A stretch of DNA of 64,000 bases, from the NCBI GenBank assembly GCA_964035545.1, contig OZ037768.1, positions 1,768,741-1,832,740 on the forward strand, written 5' to 3'. This DNA is from Bugula neritina. Taxonomy: Eukaryota > Animalia > Bryozoa. Within the stretch, counting starts at the first letter, position 1, and each line of letters opens with the position of its first letter. Under the pieces are notes generated by a model. That model was not told the origin of the DNA, searched no databases, and saw nothing but the letters and a program-made list of their open reading frames with translations. A program made the translations under genes and the position numbers. Positions 24,931 to 46,023 of the stretch are shown in pieces.

Positions 24931-27900
24931 GCCAAGAAGAAATAATGTAATGAAGATAAATATCACATGTTTAGTGTTGTCAGTAACATGATAGATGAGG
25001 GGAGTAATTAAATATGACAACCTACCCAGGTACTTGCTTCCTTTCTTATTTACAAACAAAAACTAATGCAATCAGTATTCTCTCTAACTCTAATTTGGTG
25101 AATGCAATCGTTAAAAACAAATTACGTCAAAAACATTTTTAAAAGTTAGCTTGCTATATAATCAACAAAAGTGATATACTATATTAGTTCTAAACAGTCA
25201 AAGTGTTGATTGTAGTAGGCAAGCATAGTATACGGTTTAGGTTAGAAAAGTATATCCAAGTTAACTAAAGCAACTCTACAGCTTATTTCATCAAAAATTC
25301 AACTGTTTTAGAAACGAGCAAGCAATTTGCAAGTGAGCTTTTCATACTCATTTTTATTACTAGTCAACTGGTAATATAAACATACTCTGCTGATGACTAA
25401 AATAGATCAGCTGGAAAGTGGAGATTCTAAGAGAGATAACTGAAAATATTCTGATGGGTATTTCATAAGCTTTAAGTTACAGCCCTAAATATGCTCATTA
25501 TGCTTGATGCATATTTATTTGTATATAATTTTTTTTAGCTTCAAATTTGACCAATTAGACGGCATCTTCCCTTTTAATCCTACCTTAATCTAAAAACTCA
25601 CCAGACAGAAATATGAGCTGCTCTTTTATAAAGAAGGTAACAAATATGTCAATCTTTCTTTAGACAACTTTAACAACCGTAAACAACATTTCATTGACAG
25701 ACTATTATGTTTATCTGCAATAGAATCTATTACATTCTCTTATGCCGCATTGTTATTATAATAAAAACATATCAGTTATAATTCGCAACAAAAATTGAAA
25801 CTAATCTGACTCATGACCAGCTTGCTTGTTAAACGATCTCCAGTTATGTGTAAACTGAACAGTGACACTTTAAAATATTTCAAGAGTGTAAAACATACAA
25901 TTAGCTGGTATAATGTAAGCTAGTATTTATATTACTGACGCTATATAAAATGCATTATATTAAAAAGACAAATTATATTACTGCATTACTTATAATAAGG
26001 AATACATGAGTAGGCCATATGTGGGTGTATATATTAATATCTGAAAGGAGATTATGATGAAAATTAACGAATAAAATTGAAAGCTTAAAACTGCACCTAC
26101 AGGAAGTGACTAATCTAATTATATTTCAAAAAGCTTTACTATGGCGTTCCAAAATAATCAACATTGTTATATAATTTTGCTTTGAAAGATGCATGCAAAT
26201 TATAGAATGATTATATCTTTGGCATTTATTTTCCAAAACTTTGCAAATAAAGTTTTAGAGCAAGTATATAATACAATCTTTGGTAATGTAAGATTATAAT
26301 AATACTTTTATGAGTTATAGTATGGTGCATCGTATGGAGCTATTAGTATGAGACCCCGTACACAGAATACTGTAAGCTCAACAGAGCAACAGGTTCACAA
26401 TTCACACACAGAATAAGTATACAATGGAACCCAATCCAACATCCAATACCCTGACACTCACTTCCGATTGTTTAATATGTTTACTTTTAAAATTTAATGA
26501 GCCACTTAAAGTATAGGTCGATCCAATTATAAGTTATTATAAATTTACATATCTAATTATTATAAGTTAAAAATTAGCCCTAGCACTTGTTCCCTGGAGT
26601 ACGCTGAGACCCTATCGCAGCACTTGATGTAAATGCCAAATTTTATTAATAATCGAGTGGAGGGTTTTATGTAAACATTGTCTTAGAACAACAAGGGCAC
26701 TTTGCAGCACTTGCTATAGACAAAGAGGCATGTAAGGCTGGGGCTCTTTACCCAGTGACACTTGTAACTATATATACAATACTTTTATACTATGTCACTA
26801 CTACGCCATTTTTGTATCCATTTATTTATTGTCCATTTAAGAATAGTTAATTAGCTAATAGAATCTTATGTTGATCTTATTGTTTCGAGTTTCATACTCG
26901 AGATGTAAAATGAGTGAGTGAGGTGTAAAATGTATATAATTTAAATTCAGAGAGCAAACACCACCCAGTGGCTAAAAAAATACATAATTTAAACACAGAA
27001 AATGAACTCTTTGTAAAAAATAAAAACATTGCTGTGTAGCTACAAACACCTTAGCAATATTACACACGATTTGTTTTATGCAGATTTCCATCTAGTAGCA
27101 AAAAATCCATCATGTCAAAAAAACAAGCACTTGCAGAACATGCCTAATTTGACACTGACAATAGTTAATACCCACCTGTGCTACCCATAGAAACATATAT
27201 AATTAAAACCTGTTTAGTCATTTATCAATTATGTAAAATTGCATCCCTTTTTACGTAACACATTAAATAATAATAAACATTATATTAAATAGTCAGATAC
27301 ACTCATCAAATTTTAATTCAAACAATATTAGTTTAATGAACAACCGTGATGAAAACTTGTATAAACTGATTAATTTAGCTCTAAAACTTCCTAATAAGAC
27401 ATGTTAAGGAATTATGACCAGTTTTCCTGTTTTACTGTTATAAATGACAAAATGTATAAGTGTAAAGTGGTAGTGGAGCTATGGTTGCCAATCAATTTCG
27501 AATTGTCAACAAGAGATTACGTATGTTCTATGAACAACAATAGAGGAAAAGGAAAAATTGTCACGATTACACCTAAATAATATTACAGGAACATATTTTA
27601 TTGTACATAATTATATGCTCTTTTCGTGGCATTAGGTAAATAATTGTTGGTGATTGAACCAAAAATGGTCATGAGTTTGCAAGGATTTTGTCAAAAATAC
27701 TACGTCTTTGCTTTACTATATGCAATTTTATTGTATAATTTTTAGCATACTTTGCATATACATTCATAATATGTAGAAAACAAGTAAACTAAAACGGAGG
27801 TTTAAATTCACCCAGTTTACAACAGAAGGCATGTTTAACTATGGTACCAAAGCCTTGATATTATAAGCATCAAATATGATTATTTTCACCTTTATATAAA

Positions 27901-29232
27901 GCCAAATTTCTGCAGAATTACTAGCTACTACTAGTTTGAAGAATTAAATCATTAGTTAAGAGTTTTTAAGCACATTACCTGTAAAAGTCTTGTTATTTAG
28001 ATGACTCTCGCGTTACCTTTTATTAACATTTGAACAGTTCCAAGTTACTTTCTCAACTGAACTGGTAAATCATACTAATTCTTCAACTGGGTAAATGGCA
28101 ATCACTTTTAGGAGATAGAAATTAGTGTTCAGCTGATAATGAATTATAATAAAACAACTGTTGTCTCAATGATTTATAATTGCTAGCAGTTTCATTGTTG
28201 CAACTTATTACACTGAGAATAAAAATTATTATAATACCCCCTCCTCCTCTGTTCAATAGATAATTTCAATTGTCAATCCCGGCTAACAGTTGCCAAACAA
28301 ACAGTTGCTTGTGAAATTATTACATCACTGCAATCAGCTTAATCATGAACAAAGCTAAATCCCAAACTATGCAAGCTCAAATTAATAATAGGTTTTTGTA
28401 TCCTGCACCAGTACGTCCCGTAATAGTGGCATGGCCTATAAGCAGGGAGACATGAGCTTTTAGCCTAAGTTTTATTTGTGTCCAGTTTGAGAGTTTACCA
28501 TGGCATTTGAACCCCAATATATATTATACTAGTACTTCGCTTAATCTACCACATATATGCTTTTCCATGACATGTAACTGCTTTCTAAAGTAAAAATATA
28601 TTAAAACTTGTAAGCTATTTCAATTTGAATTCATTGTATCTTATTGCTGAAAAATATTCATATAATATATACCTGTACATAATAGAATAGGCTACTGCTG
28701 TATTATATGTTGAGGTAAAATTCTTAAGCAATAAAACTGCTAAAAGCTTATAGTTATTGTTGTTGAAAGCTCTTCTTTTTCTTTCTACCACTCAATATGC
28801 TACTAACAAGCACTGATGTATACGTTATACATTAATTGCATATTTGCATGATTGCTATATAACCTTGTGTATAGCACATGGTACGCACAATAAAAGTTGC
28901 CTTCTCTTTTTAAACTTGAATAATTAGCTTTAGATCTGTTGTTAGCCTTTAGCTGGTGAGTTGTGTGTTTTATTGCACATCAGCTTCTAGTTTTGTCCAA
29001 TTTTGTACAATATGGTTTCAATAACATTTATCTTTTCCCTAGGCCATGATAAGTTCTTCGTATTGTATTTTAGTTGACATGTTGTATTGCTGTTGCTTTT
29101 CAAATGTATTCACCCTAACCAACCATCACATTAGTTGACCAGTTCAGAAGATAAAAAATAATATATCATAATATAAGATTTATGTTTATTTTTGGTATTT
29201 TTCTCACATCGTGAAACTATATAAATTGCTTA

Positions 29233-29309
29233 TGTTAGGCTGTGAGTTGTTCGGATTTGTTAGGCTGTGAGTTGTTCAGATTTGTTAGGCTGTGAGTTGT
29301 TCAGATTTG
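29233..29309. repeat. 25-bp tandem repeat, 3 copies
   Basis: gttaggctgtgagttgttc(a/g)gattt three times. Confidence 0.85.
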
Positions 29310-29870
29310 CAAGCAGTTCAGGACAAAATCATAGAAGGTGTTTAAAATAAATCAATTCAAATTCACAGTTTTCTAGGATAGCAATTCTGCAACACCAAGT
29401 AAACTATCACAGTTGGCCTTTGAATCAATCTACTAGAAAGTTTCTTGGCGCTATACTAATACTCTTACATTAAAGGTAATGATAATTACTGTATTGACAA
29501 CGTAGAGCAAGATATTATGTCATATAAAACAATATGCCATATATATTACACCAGATCTCGTATATGGTAGAAAACTAATTTCATTTCATTTGCAATTTCG
29601 TAAGATAATTGCAATTGCAAAAGGCTTTTAACTTAATACAAAAAGCAACCCTAAGTTATTAGCAAAACGGATTGCATCTTCATGGACTGATCAAGTATAA
29701 AAGATAGTTTATTACGTTGAGTACAAGCTCACAAATTATTTATAATGGATTTCTGCAAATTCAAACTTTATACAAGATTACGTATTATATACAACAGAGT
29801 ATAAACTTAATAAAGCTGAGTGAAATCTCAACCAGTTGCAGAAGATTAAAATAGCTGTCAATAAATAGAC

Positions 29871-32800
29871 TCAGTTCTCTAAATAGGACACTAGACGAGT
29901 AAGGGAGGCCAAGTCTACTATCTCTTTCCTTGCAGGCAGATTTGAATCTAAAAACAAGCAAATATATAATCGTAGTTGTAGCTTAAAAGTCTAGGCTTTG
30001 CCTCTCCATAAGTAACACTTTCTGAGCATGCAAACAGGCAATATAATGCAGTAATGCATATAATAATGACAAAATACTGCATTAATAAGGCAGGAGTAGA
30101 GATACAAAACACTTACAAGCTAAATATGAGCTAGAAATCACCTGGGAAATTTTAGTTTTAACAGCAAACAGCAAGAGAAAAAAATTGAAAAAATTTGTTT
30201 AATTCAATTCCATTGCTTCTAGACCATATTATGCTATTATGATCCTTCCTTAAGCATAATATATTATTAATTCACACCAAAAATTATTTTAAACCTATTA
30301 GATATTTTATGTATCTCAGAAAATATTTTTGTAACGAAAAGCTTTTAAAGAACAAAACTAAGTTGAAAAATTTCACTAACGGGACTAAATAAAAAGTAGC
30401 TGAATATAGCCGCTAATTATCGTTAACATTATGGAATGCATTTAACTACTCTTTTATTATAACTATTCGGAATTACTTCCAATATGAGGATTAAAGTGAG
30501 ACAGTCAATTCGTAGGCCAGACAGTGACTTGGGGACAGGATGCAGTAGGAGTTGGATTAACCAATAAGGAAATAGAAAGTTGTTTTCTTAATTTCTATTA
30601 TCACAACAGGAGTTAACCCATCCCTCATTTATCATCATTTCTTTCACTAAATACGTTAGACAAGAGCTGCCTCAGTAACTTCCACTCCTACGAGGGGTGC
30701 GTCAATGCCCAGACACGCGCCCAAATCTGCTAGCTAATAGGCTTAAGTCTAATAGTAAAGGTACATGGTAGGAGATGCTGAATATAAACGTGTGCTAAGC
30801 ACAATTACAACACATCCTAGTTGCGGTTAATGACACTTCTGAATATCAATTAGATAATTTAAATAATTATTGAAGAATTTTCAAATCTTTCACAAAAAAT
30901 GGTAAATATTAAGGAGAATGTTTAAGAAGTATTACAAAATCCTGTCCCATTCTGGTCCACTTAGTTTTGTTGAATAAAATAGTACAAAAAACGTACCATG
31001 CCTAAATTTCAGGTCTTAAGAAATCAGAGTCAGGATAGACAGAAAACCTCAAAGTTATACTAACAAATACATTTTTAAAAGATTTATACCATAGATGATC
31101 ATATTAGTGGCCACCTCCAAACATAAAACTCATTTGTAGAAAATTTAGATTAGAAAATTTTGTACAATAATAAATTATTTCCATAATTATCATTAATTTA
31201 TCCTAAAGCTTAATGTTGTTTTTTAAATTATCAATTAATTTTTTTAATCAAAAATGTTCAGTATTGTCGTGATAATGGCTTTATAAACAGAACCAGAAAA
31301 TTTACTTTATGGATATCAGCTCACTATGATCTCGGAATAAATTATTTTTAGGACAGAAAAATACTATTGTATTACATTGTTATATTATATTATACCACAA
31401 TGCTTGTTCACAAATAATTTTCTTATATCTAATAAATTAGGAAGCTGTAATGAAGTTGGTAAACATTTAGAAATTTGGTGTCAGCATAAAATTGAGGATA
31501 TTTGTATTACACACCGGCAACCCCTCACACCTAATGAACTAGCCAGGCCACCGAATACGTACTTGACAGTAGGAAAACTACATACAAGGAGGGGGATAAC
31601 TACAATTACTGGAGATAAACTTGTTTATACCTTGCGGAGCAGCTTTGGGCATAACCATTCCGTTCTCAATGGTCCAGCTAGCAGATGATACTGAAATCAA
31701 ACAATAACGTAGTAGAACAATTCATGGCAATTCACATTTGACAGGAAATAAAAAAGATTAATATTAAATAACATTTGATTGGATGATATCAAAACCAGCC
31801 AGTACCATAACGGCTAATACGATTGTATACAGATATAAGCAATAATCTGGGGAAATAAAAGCATCGCTGGTGCCAAGCTTTGACTCAAGGAAGAAAAATG
31901 GTGGATTAATTACACAGCCTAATATAAATGAATTCAGATATTAATATCCTGAAAAGTTGACAACATTATTTCAGGATGACAAACACCAGCAAAGCAGTGG
32001 TTGGCAGGTACTCCGTTACATTACATTACAACACTTTACTATCACTTGCTCGGACATGTCATAATGACACCTCCTCTCTCGGCCACTCTGACAAGGCAGC
32101 CAACATGCAAACTACTACTCTTGTATAATCACATCTTAGGAGTTCCTGTATTTATACAGGATGCAGGAGAGAACTAGAGGAAGTTGAACCAAAAACAAAT
32201 GTCAAATTTACGAGATATTAATTAACGCGGATCATTGCATAACTATAAACTGCATCAAGCCGTAATCATTCAAGAAATTATCATGTGTCAAGCTAACGCC
32301 ATGTTTCGAATCACTATTTATACTTATAAACAAGCAGAGAGTCAACTAACACACCTATTTCTTGGAGCTTGGCTGTAGAAACACTCAGCATAGCCGCTAA
32401 TTCTTGCACAGATATGTGGGTGTAGGCGTAAGAAACCAGGCTAAGAGTTTTCTCTCGGACTTTCTCTACAATATTGATATGGTTATAGAGGCACAACTTC
32501 CTATTAAATGGACTCACTAAATTTACCCTAGTATTATGTATATAAATCATAAGCATAGGGGCTTTTCATGGCTGACAATGTTTTGAAGAAACATTAGAAT
32601 ATTAAAAACATTTCAAATCTGTTGATAAGCTTTTTCATAGCTAGCTACAAACATAATAACTTAACAGATAAAAATTCATAAGTAAAGAGTAAATTATACA
32701 TATTTATCTTCATTATATGGCCAATAATAGTATGCACAAGGTATGGGAGTAAATTCACTCGTGTCACTTAATTTAATCTTCACAAAGATTTTGTAAGTTC

Positions 32801-32985
32801 TGAGAGGACAAATAGTTTCAGTTCCGTGCTGTAGGTATAAAAGGGCCGGCATATTTCACTATAATTACTTACAGAATCATTCATAGCCATGAAGAAGAAT
32901 AGGAAATATTTAAAGTATGCGTATGATTGCACGGACAGCTAAAATTATGCAACTAATTCCAAGATTTGTATTGTATCTTTAGAAA

Positions 32986-33025
<40 letters not shown>

Positions 33026-35589
33026 TACTGCAGCAAATGTAATTAACCATGACTAGCCTTTGAGATACACAATCTGATTAGCTTACTGGTTATAATAGAT
33101 TATAATTTGGTATTATTATTGACCGAAAACCCACAACGAATAAAGAGCTGTGATGAATTATTGACAATGTCTAGTTAAATCGTAATAATATAATTTATAG
33201 AACAATTTCCCCTCTAATTGGGGTCATTACTATAAATATCTGTTGACAAATTATCTACAATTAAGAGGTAAATAACCAGAAACCCTTTCCTGCAATAACA
33301 CTATAAGATAAAGAGAGTAGGAATATGTAATAAACACTGACTCATTACCGGTGTGATTGCATTTTGGAGTTGTTCTTTAAAAAAACGAGATAATAAAAGG
33401 AAGATAACTCTTAATATATCATCAAGTTCGACAGTTTGGCTATTGCTTTAATGAGCTGTGATTAACACTAACATCAGAGGTTATTGGTACAATTTTAGAC
33501 ACAGCAAAGTTATTTGTAGCAACTGACTTTCACAACACACATAACAAATATTGTAAAGCAAAATATCAAGAATATAAAAGGGGGACTTTTACTTGAGTAA
33601 ATGTGATAATTTAGTGCAACTAGTACAGAGGGCTACACCAAGTTTAAAAGAGCATATCTTATAAATATGCATACAAATTGTTAAGTGAGAAAAATAAAAA
33701 GCTCAAAACAGAAATAATCTCCAATTAACCATAGAGAGCTGAGATGTTGATCTATAAAACCTATTGGTAGAAATTATGCTGGTTTCAAATGTGAAATTGT
33801 CTCCACAGAATTTGGTGAGATATTGAGAAGATAACGGAAATTTTTTGTATAATAATACCTTAAGTACTTAGTCTACAAAAACTTGAAACTAAGTCTAAAC
33901 ATAACCAATTCTTACAAGTCAAAGTAGAGCATAGGTATGTTGTTATGTAGATATAACTATATGTAACTATACTGTATACATAACAAAGTGCATATATAAC
34001 TACATATAACTATAATATATACATAACAAAGTGTATATATAACTACATATAACTAGACTGTATATATAACAAAGTGCATATATAACTACATATAACTATA
34101 CTATATACATAACAAAGTGTATATATAACTACATTTAACTATACTGTATATATAGCAAAGTGTATATATAACTACATATAACTATACTGTATACATAGCA
34201 AAGTGTATATATATAACTACATATAACTATAATATATACATAACAAAGTGCATATATAACTACATATAACTATACTGTATACATAACAAAGTGTATATAT
34301 AACCTTGCAAGAGGCTGACTATTTGCTCAATATGTGCTGACCATACTGTATCCTGTAAGATCCTGTGAATAGTCACAAAGTCTTGACCAATCATGGCTTG
34401 ACACACCAGCAGCAGTTGCTTCAACTCGGGGAAGGCCTATTTACAAAAATTAGATTTATTGAAAGAGAAACTCAGAGGTAGCAGATTAGCAGAATTTATA
34501 CTATAACAATGAGTCATGTACTTTCATTTCTCAGTGTATATTTGTATTGCACTTTGTGAACATGTAACAAGGAGTCAGCTTACCTCTCTATGAGATGTTG
34601 GCAATCTCTTCCATAATAGTTTGGCGTCTTCTCTTAAACATACAAAATTTAAATTAAAATAAAATCAAGAAAAACAAAACCTGATACCACTTAGTAAATA
34701 TCAGCTTTACATAAAATAAATGATTATAAAAAACTACGACTAAAAACATTAGTAGCAGAAACTACAAAATCAAAGAAAAATCTAGAAAATGCTATCAAAA
34801 CATGTGATTCTAACGTGACATCAACATGCGGAAGTACAATACACACTTACAACTCCATAAAATATAGCTTGAGTGCAAAGAGTTTGAGAGCCACCTCTGC
34901 AGTGAAATTCCTTTCTATAACCTAAAGTAAATGGCAGTTTCAGATAGAGCATTGAAAAATTAATGAAACTCTAAAGGCATGAAAATAAAGTGAAATATAT
35001 ATAACAACTACTAAAACAATTATAGCCAAAGTGCTTCAATAAAAATTTTCACAGCAAGTTGAAGTTAGATAAGTTTCTGCAATTTGTAATATTAGAAAGA
35101 TGTTGTGGGATTGTAATTAGACCCTGTTTAACTCTTTTTGAGTTAAAAATAATGCAATCTACCAAGTTAAAATAGTTACTACGGCAGTAATTTATCACTT
35201 CACTTAATTTGCCTAACACAAGTAATCACGCTCATTTAAATCATTTTATTTTACATCAATTTAACAACAATAATATAAATATTTATTGTTATAAAAATTC
35301 CACTTTTTAGTTTTTATAAAACAAAATATTGGTACTGCTAAGTGCTACTAGTACTAGTGATCTGAGAATAATAATATTAATTAAAAACTTGAATTACTTC
35401 AATACTACTACTTGTTCTTTAAACACTACAATTATAACACTTATTCTCAAAAACGCGGTTTGCAATTTAACCCAGTTAAGTTTGATAATTCATATAATTT
35501 GTAATTTGTAGCCATACCTCATATTCACATTCTTGAAACTCTTCTTTCATCTTCAAAAGCACTTGAGGTGTTAAAATTTCTCCTGGCAT
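29871..35589 (-). CDS. COPS8: COP9 signalosome subunit 8 (7 exons, about 190 aa)
   Basis: Minus-strand exons 35589-35518, 34921-34851, 34632-34584, 34436-34304, 32465-32355, 31690-31631 and 29947-29871, all GT-AG and phase-consistent. Peptides DAKLLWKRLP, LSLVSYAYTHI and the terminal LASLTRLVSYLEN* resemble CSN8 as I recall it (ARYLWKRIP, LVSQAYTSI, LARLTDYVAFLEN*). Confidence 0.9.
32987..33023. repeat. (AT)n microsatellite
   Basis: AT run in a COPS8 intron. Confidence 0.9.
33950..34303. repeat. About 43-bp minisatellite abutting the COPS8 exon 4 donor
   Basis: (atataactacatataactatactgtatacataacaaagtgtat)n, about 8 copies. On the minus strand the array starts at the donor GT (34303-34302). 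Confidence 0.9.
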
Positions 35590-37380
35590 CTTGATTTTAC
35601 CTTTTCAGCTGACGAATTTATCATTTAAATAAACTAGTACTAATAGTATTACTGTAATACTACTAGTAATAGTAATATGATAGTCAAGCCCAGATCTAAA
35701 ACCTGAAGACCACAGGCAAAGAGAAAATGAAAAAAATTCCGTGAAGCTGAAACTGAAAGTAAGTGATCACACATTGACAGTCACACTCAGTCTCACACTG
35801 ACAGTCACAGTGATGAATTCTACACTTCTAATCTAAACAATTACTATCACAATAATTCTTAGCTCTAGTTTATACACAACAGCACTAGCATGTCTAAGAT
35901 TAACTCAAAACTGTATAGTGTATTGTCTTAGAAGTGATGTAGTTTTGTATGAGAATTAACACAGCATGACTATCAGACTATCACTATGAGTATGAGTGTT
36001 TAGGTATTTACGGAAGGTTGAATTAACTAGAGAGATAAAATCAAAATGAAAATTTAAAAAAATAGAAAATGAAATACAAAGCGAAAGTGAAATATGACTT
36101 TGCTAACCTTGAAACAGCACCAAGTTGCTGTTCACTGAGTGTATTGGTTCGGGGGTATCAGGTTAAGAGTTTTAGACTGCACTCAGTCACCTCCAAATTG
36201 ATGCTGCTTCTAGTTATATTCATTTTATTAAAAGACACAAAGCTCTTGAAATAGCACGTTTATATTTCAGCTTTACGGGACCGTTCCTTGTTACACACGA
36301 TACTGCTTCTATGTAAATTATAGAAAACAACTAATAGCTTTAAAATCTCGCTTAGTTTGCAAACAATATTTTTCATGTGTTGGTGTCTCAAGATCATGAT
36401 AATCACTTCATCATAATGATAATTTTTGTGCTAAACAAAAAATTTAAACTGCTCGGTTATATTTATTTATTATTGTAGCTAAAACACTAATTTCTAATTG
36501 TTTAAATAATCTTTATTAATAATGAATATAATAACAATTATTCTCATAGATATACTAATACATATACTTATAGTTATAGTCATGCTGACTTACTCACCTT
36601 GACCTTAGTTTTATATTTATAGTTATACTTATAGTTAATGTTATAACTTATAATTATTCATATTTGCAATCACATTGACTGTAGACACTAGATGTAATAC
36701 TAATAGTAATAGTTATACTTATACTAATACAGTTATAGCCTATAGGTAACTCGAACTGTAATTCTAATATTAATACTAATAGTAATAGTAATAGCAATAC
36801 TAACTCTAAGTATAAATATAATAAATTATTATAATGCTAACTAATACTTAGTCTTATACTATAAATATAACTGTATAACTATAAGGATCTGCTTCTAGTA
36901 AAATGGACTCATACTGATACTCACTCTCAGATACTGCTAAAGCCTAAAACTGAAAGTAGAATAATTACTATTGATTAATTGTATAATTTATGAGTTATGA
37001 AGCTATTACTACTAATATTACTATTATACTTTTACTTTGTTTTGTATTACTATTTCTATTTATTTCAATTATAAAATAAAAATGTATACTTCAAATTGTG
37101 TAGTTACACCATTGCATTTGATTTACTCCTAGCATATTTATTCAATTTGCTGTGATAAATTTAGGTTGATTATTATTATATTATAGGCTTAATAAACTTG
37201 ATACAAGTTACCATTTAGTCGACTATTGTCATTTTGTAATTGGCATTTGATTATAATGGGGACTGCAATAGTGATGATACAAATAAATTAAATACATATA
37301 CAAAAAATAATGCACCAGATTACTGTTGGATAATTTGTATTTTAGTTTTACATTTACAGAGCTTCTGTTTTAGTTGGCAT

Positions 37381-44010
<6,630 letters not shown>

Positions 44011-44051
44011 ATGCAACACCACAGCCGCTGTCACCACAACTCTGCTGCTAA

Positions 44052-44200
44052 CTCAGTCAGTCGGTGATTCTGTCAGTGACTCACAGTCAGTGACTCGGTC
44101 AGTCAGTGACTCAGTCAGTCAGTGACTCAGTCAGTCAGTTTAACTACAACTGAGTCATAGATGACTCACTGAATTCATGGCTGAGTTACTGACTGGATCA
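44052..44200. repeat. tcagtcagtgac-type repeat in the SELENOO 3' UTR
   Basis: Repeated gtgactcagtcagtca units between the stop codon and the SECIS. Confidence 0.75.
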
Positions 44201-44627
44201 TCGAGTCATTTTATAAGTAACTCCTTGCTGAACTGACTGGCATATCTATTCATCATTGAATCCAGGTTTTTCATTGCAGTGATTGGACATTCATTGCATA
44301 TTAATCCTATTATTCATACCTGGTGTATTATCTAACTTTGCAAGCTAGCATGATATGGAGTGATGCCAGTGCTAGATAGTAGATACTGATCAACATGTCT
44401 CTACTCCATATTGTCTTTTTACATGCATGTATTTTAATGAATGAAATGTACAGGCTATTCATTTGAATTATTGAATCACCTCCCATTACATCCAAATGTT
44501 TTATATAATTTTAGTTGCATTATTTGTTTACTAAGTGATTTGCTTGAAAAGCAGCTAGTAGTTGTGGTGATAGCCTTGGTGTTGCTGGACTTTGCGAGTT
44601 GATAGGAAGCTGCCTTCACTACCCTGT

Positions 44628-44687
44628 AGGCTTTATGATGAATTTTGTGGAACTCAGTGTATCTGAACACAAAATTTTGATGAGTTT
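44628..44687 (+). promoter_or_regulatory. SECIS element (type II) in the SELENOO 3' UTR
   Basis: ATGA (44635-44638)-T-GAATTTTGTG-G-AA (44651-44652)-C-TCAG-tgtat-CTGA-A-CACAAAATTT-T-GA (44679-44680). This gives the AUGA/GA quartet, a helix II of about 10-11 bp, unpaired AA and an apical mini-stem, about 630 nt after the Sec UGA. Confidence 0.85.
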
Positions 44688-44918
44688 TCTTTCAACTCGG
44701 TATTTTAGGCTTATATTTTATGAAGCCATATGATATTGATATGCTAATGTTTTTATATTTGCTCACTGTGATTTCTAAGATATATTTTTGAAATATAATG
44801 TTAAACTTCAATTGCTATAAATCATTTTCTTTCAAGCTTATATATTGTGTACGTGTGCTTTTAGAAATTATTCTCGAATCACTTATTGTTGATTTTTTTC
44901 TAATCAACTGTCAATTTT

Positions 44919-45068
44919 GGAAGCAGCAGTAGTCAAGTGGTTAGAACAAACTAGATCATGGTTTCGAATACCTGCAAGGCTGTTGGTGATATCATGAAGA
45001 GCATTCGAGTTACTCCACATCACACACAGCTCTTAACTCACTAAAACTTACTCACAGGATAGAGGCTT
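44919..45068 (+). mobile_element. SINE family A copy, plus orientation
   Basis: Begins ggaagcagcagtagtcaagtggttaga, nearly identical to the head of the 15846-16039 copy, then ggtttcgaatacc, ggtgatatcatgaagagcattc and ctcacagga. Confidence 0.6.
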
Positions 45069-46023
45069 TAAAAAGTGAGTATTTTAGTCAGTTATGGTAT
45101 TCTTTACATTTCACATTAACTTAATTAAAATTGATTGAAACTCCTATACTTCTACCGCTCCAATAGGAAATTATATGCTTACTAGACTGTAGGCGTGTTG
45201 ATGTGACTTTCATATTCATATATGCCAGGTATTGCGGTTATATTTATAAAACAGGAAGAAATTGTATCTATATGATAGACAGTAGTCTTGGTCCAAGAAT
45301 GAGAGGCATTTAGCAGTGATTGGATCATATTATAATGTCAGAAGTATGAGTCACAGGATATCTGACTCATATGTTACTCATATGCGTCTGATTCTGCTAT
45401 CGATGAAGTGTAAACCACTACTACATTTTTATCTGAGAGGTTTTATGGGTGGGAAACCAGTAGATGTTTCTCGTCGTCATGTCTGGTAGGTATTTCATCT
45501 ATAACTAGCTAAAGTTTGGTATAAAACCTACTATTTGGTTGCCTTCCATTATACTGTCCTAGCTCAAATTCACCATGCCGTGGCAAGAGTTGATGTAAAT
45601 TGTAGAGTTGTGCTGCTGAAACTGGTTTAAAATAAAAAAATCAGCCACAACCAACTTAAAGCATCATACCAAAGTGTTGAATGTGATAGCATATTGGGTT
45701 AATTAGCCACCAACGTGTTTACCAAAAGAACTAAGCGGTGTTGTGTATATATCGGCACTTATTGCTCCTTCATTTTGTGTTCTTGCGCATACTTGCTCTA
45801 CTATGTTTTTGGCATTGGCAGCATAGTAGAGCTATATGAATTTGTGGAAAGCAAACTATGATGTGGTAACGTCAAAATTTTGACTTTCATCAATTCAAAA
45901 GTTGAGTTAATCGCAAAGGTTTGCACAACGATTGCAAAGCTTACTTGCCTGCCTCAAAAAGTATATCTGTTTTGCTACACTTGGTTTGGTTTAATACTTT
46001 TCATTTGACCTGAACATCCCGGC

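Noticed and set aside
44160-44475. Alternative SECIS candidates at about 44161 and 44437
   Set aside because: Helix II is too short or the apical AA is misplaced; the 44635 candidate fits all criteria.
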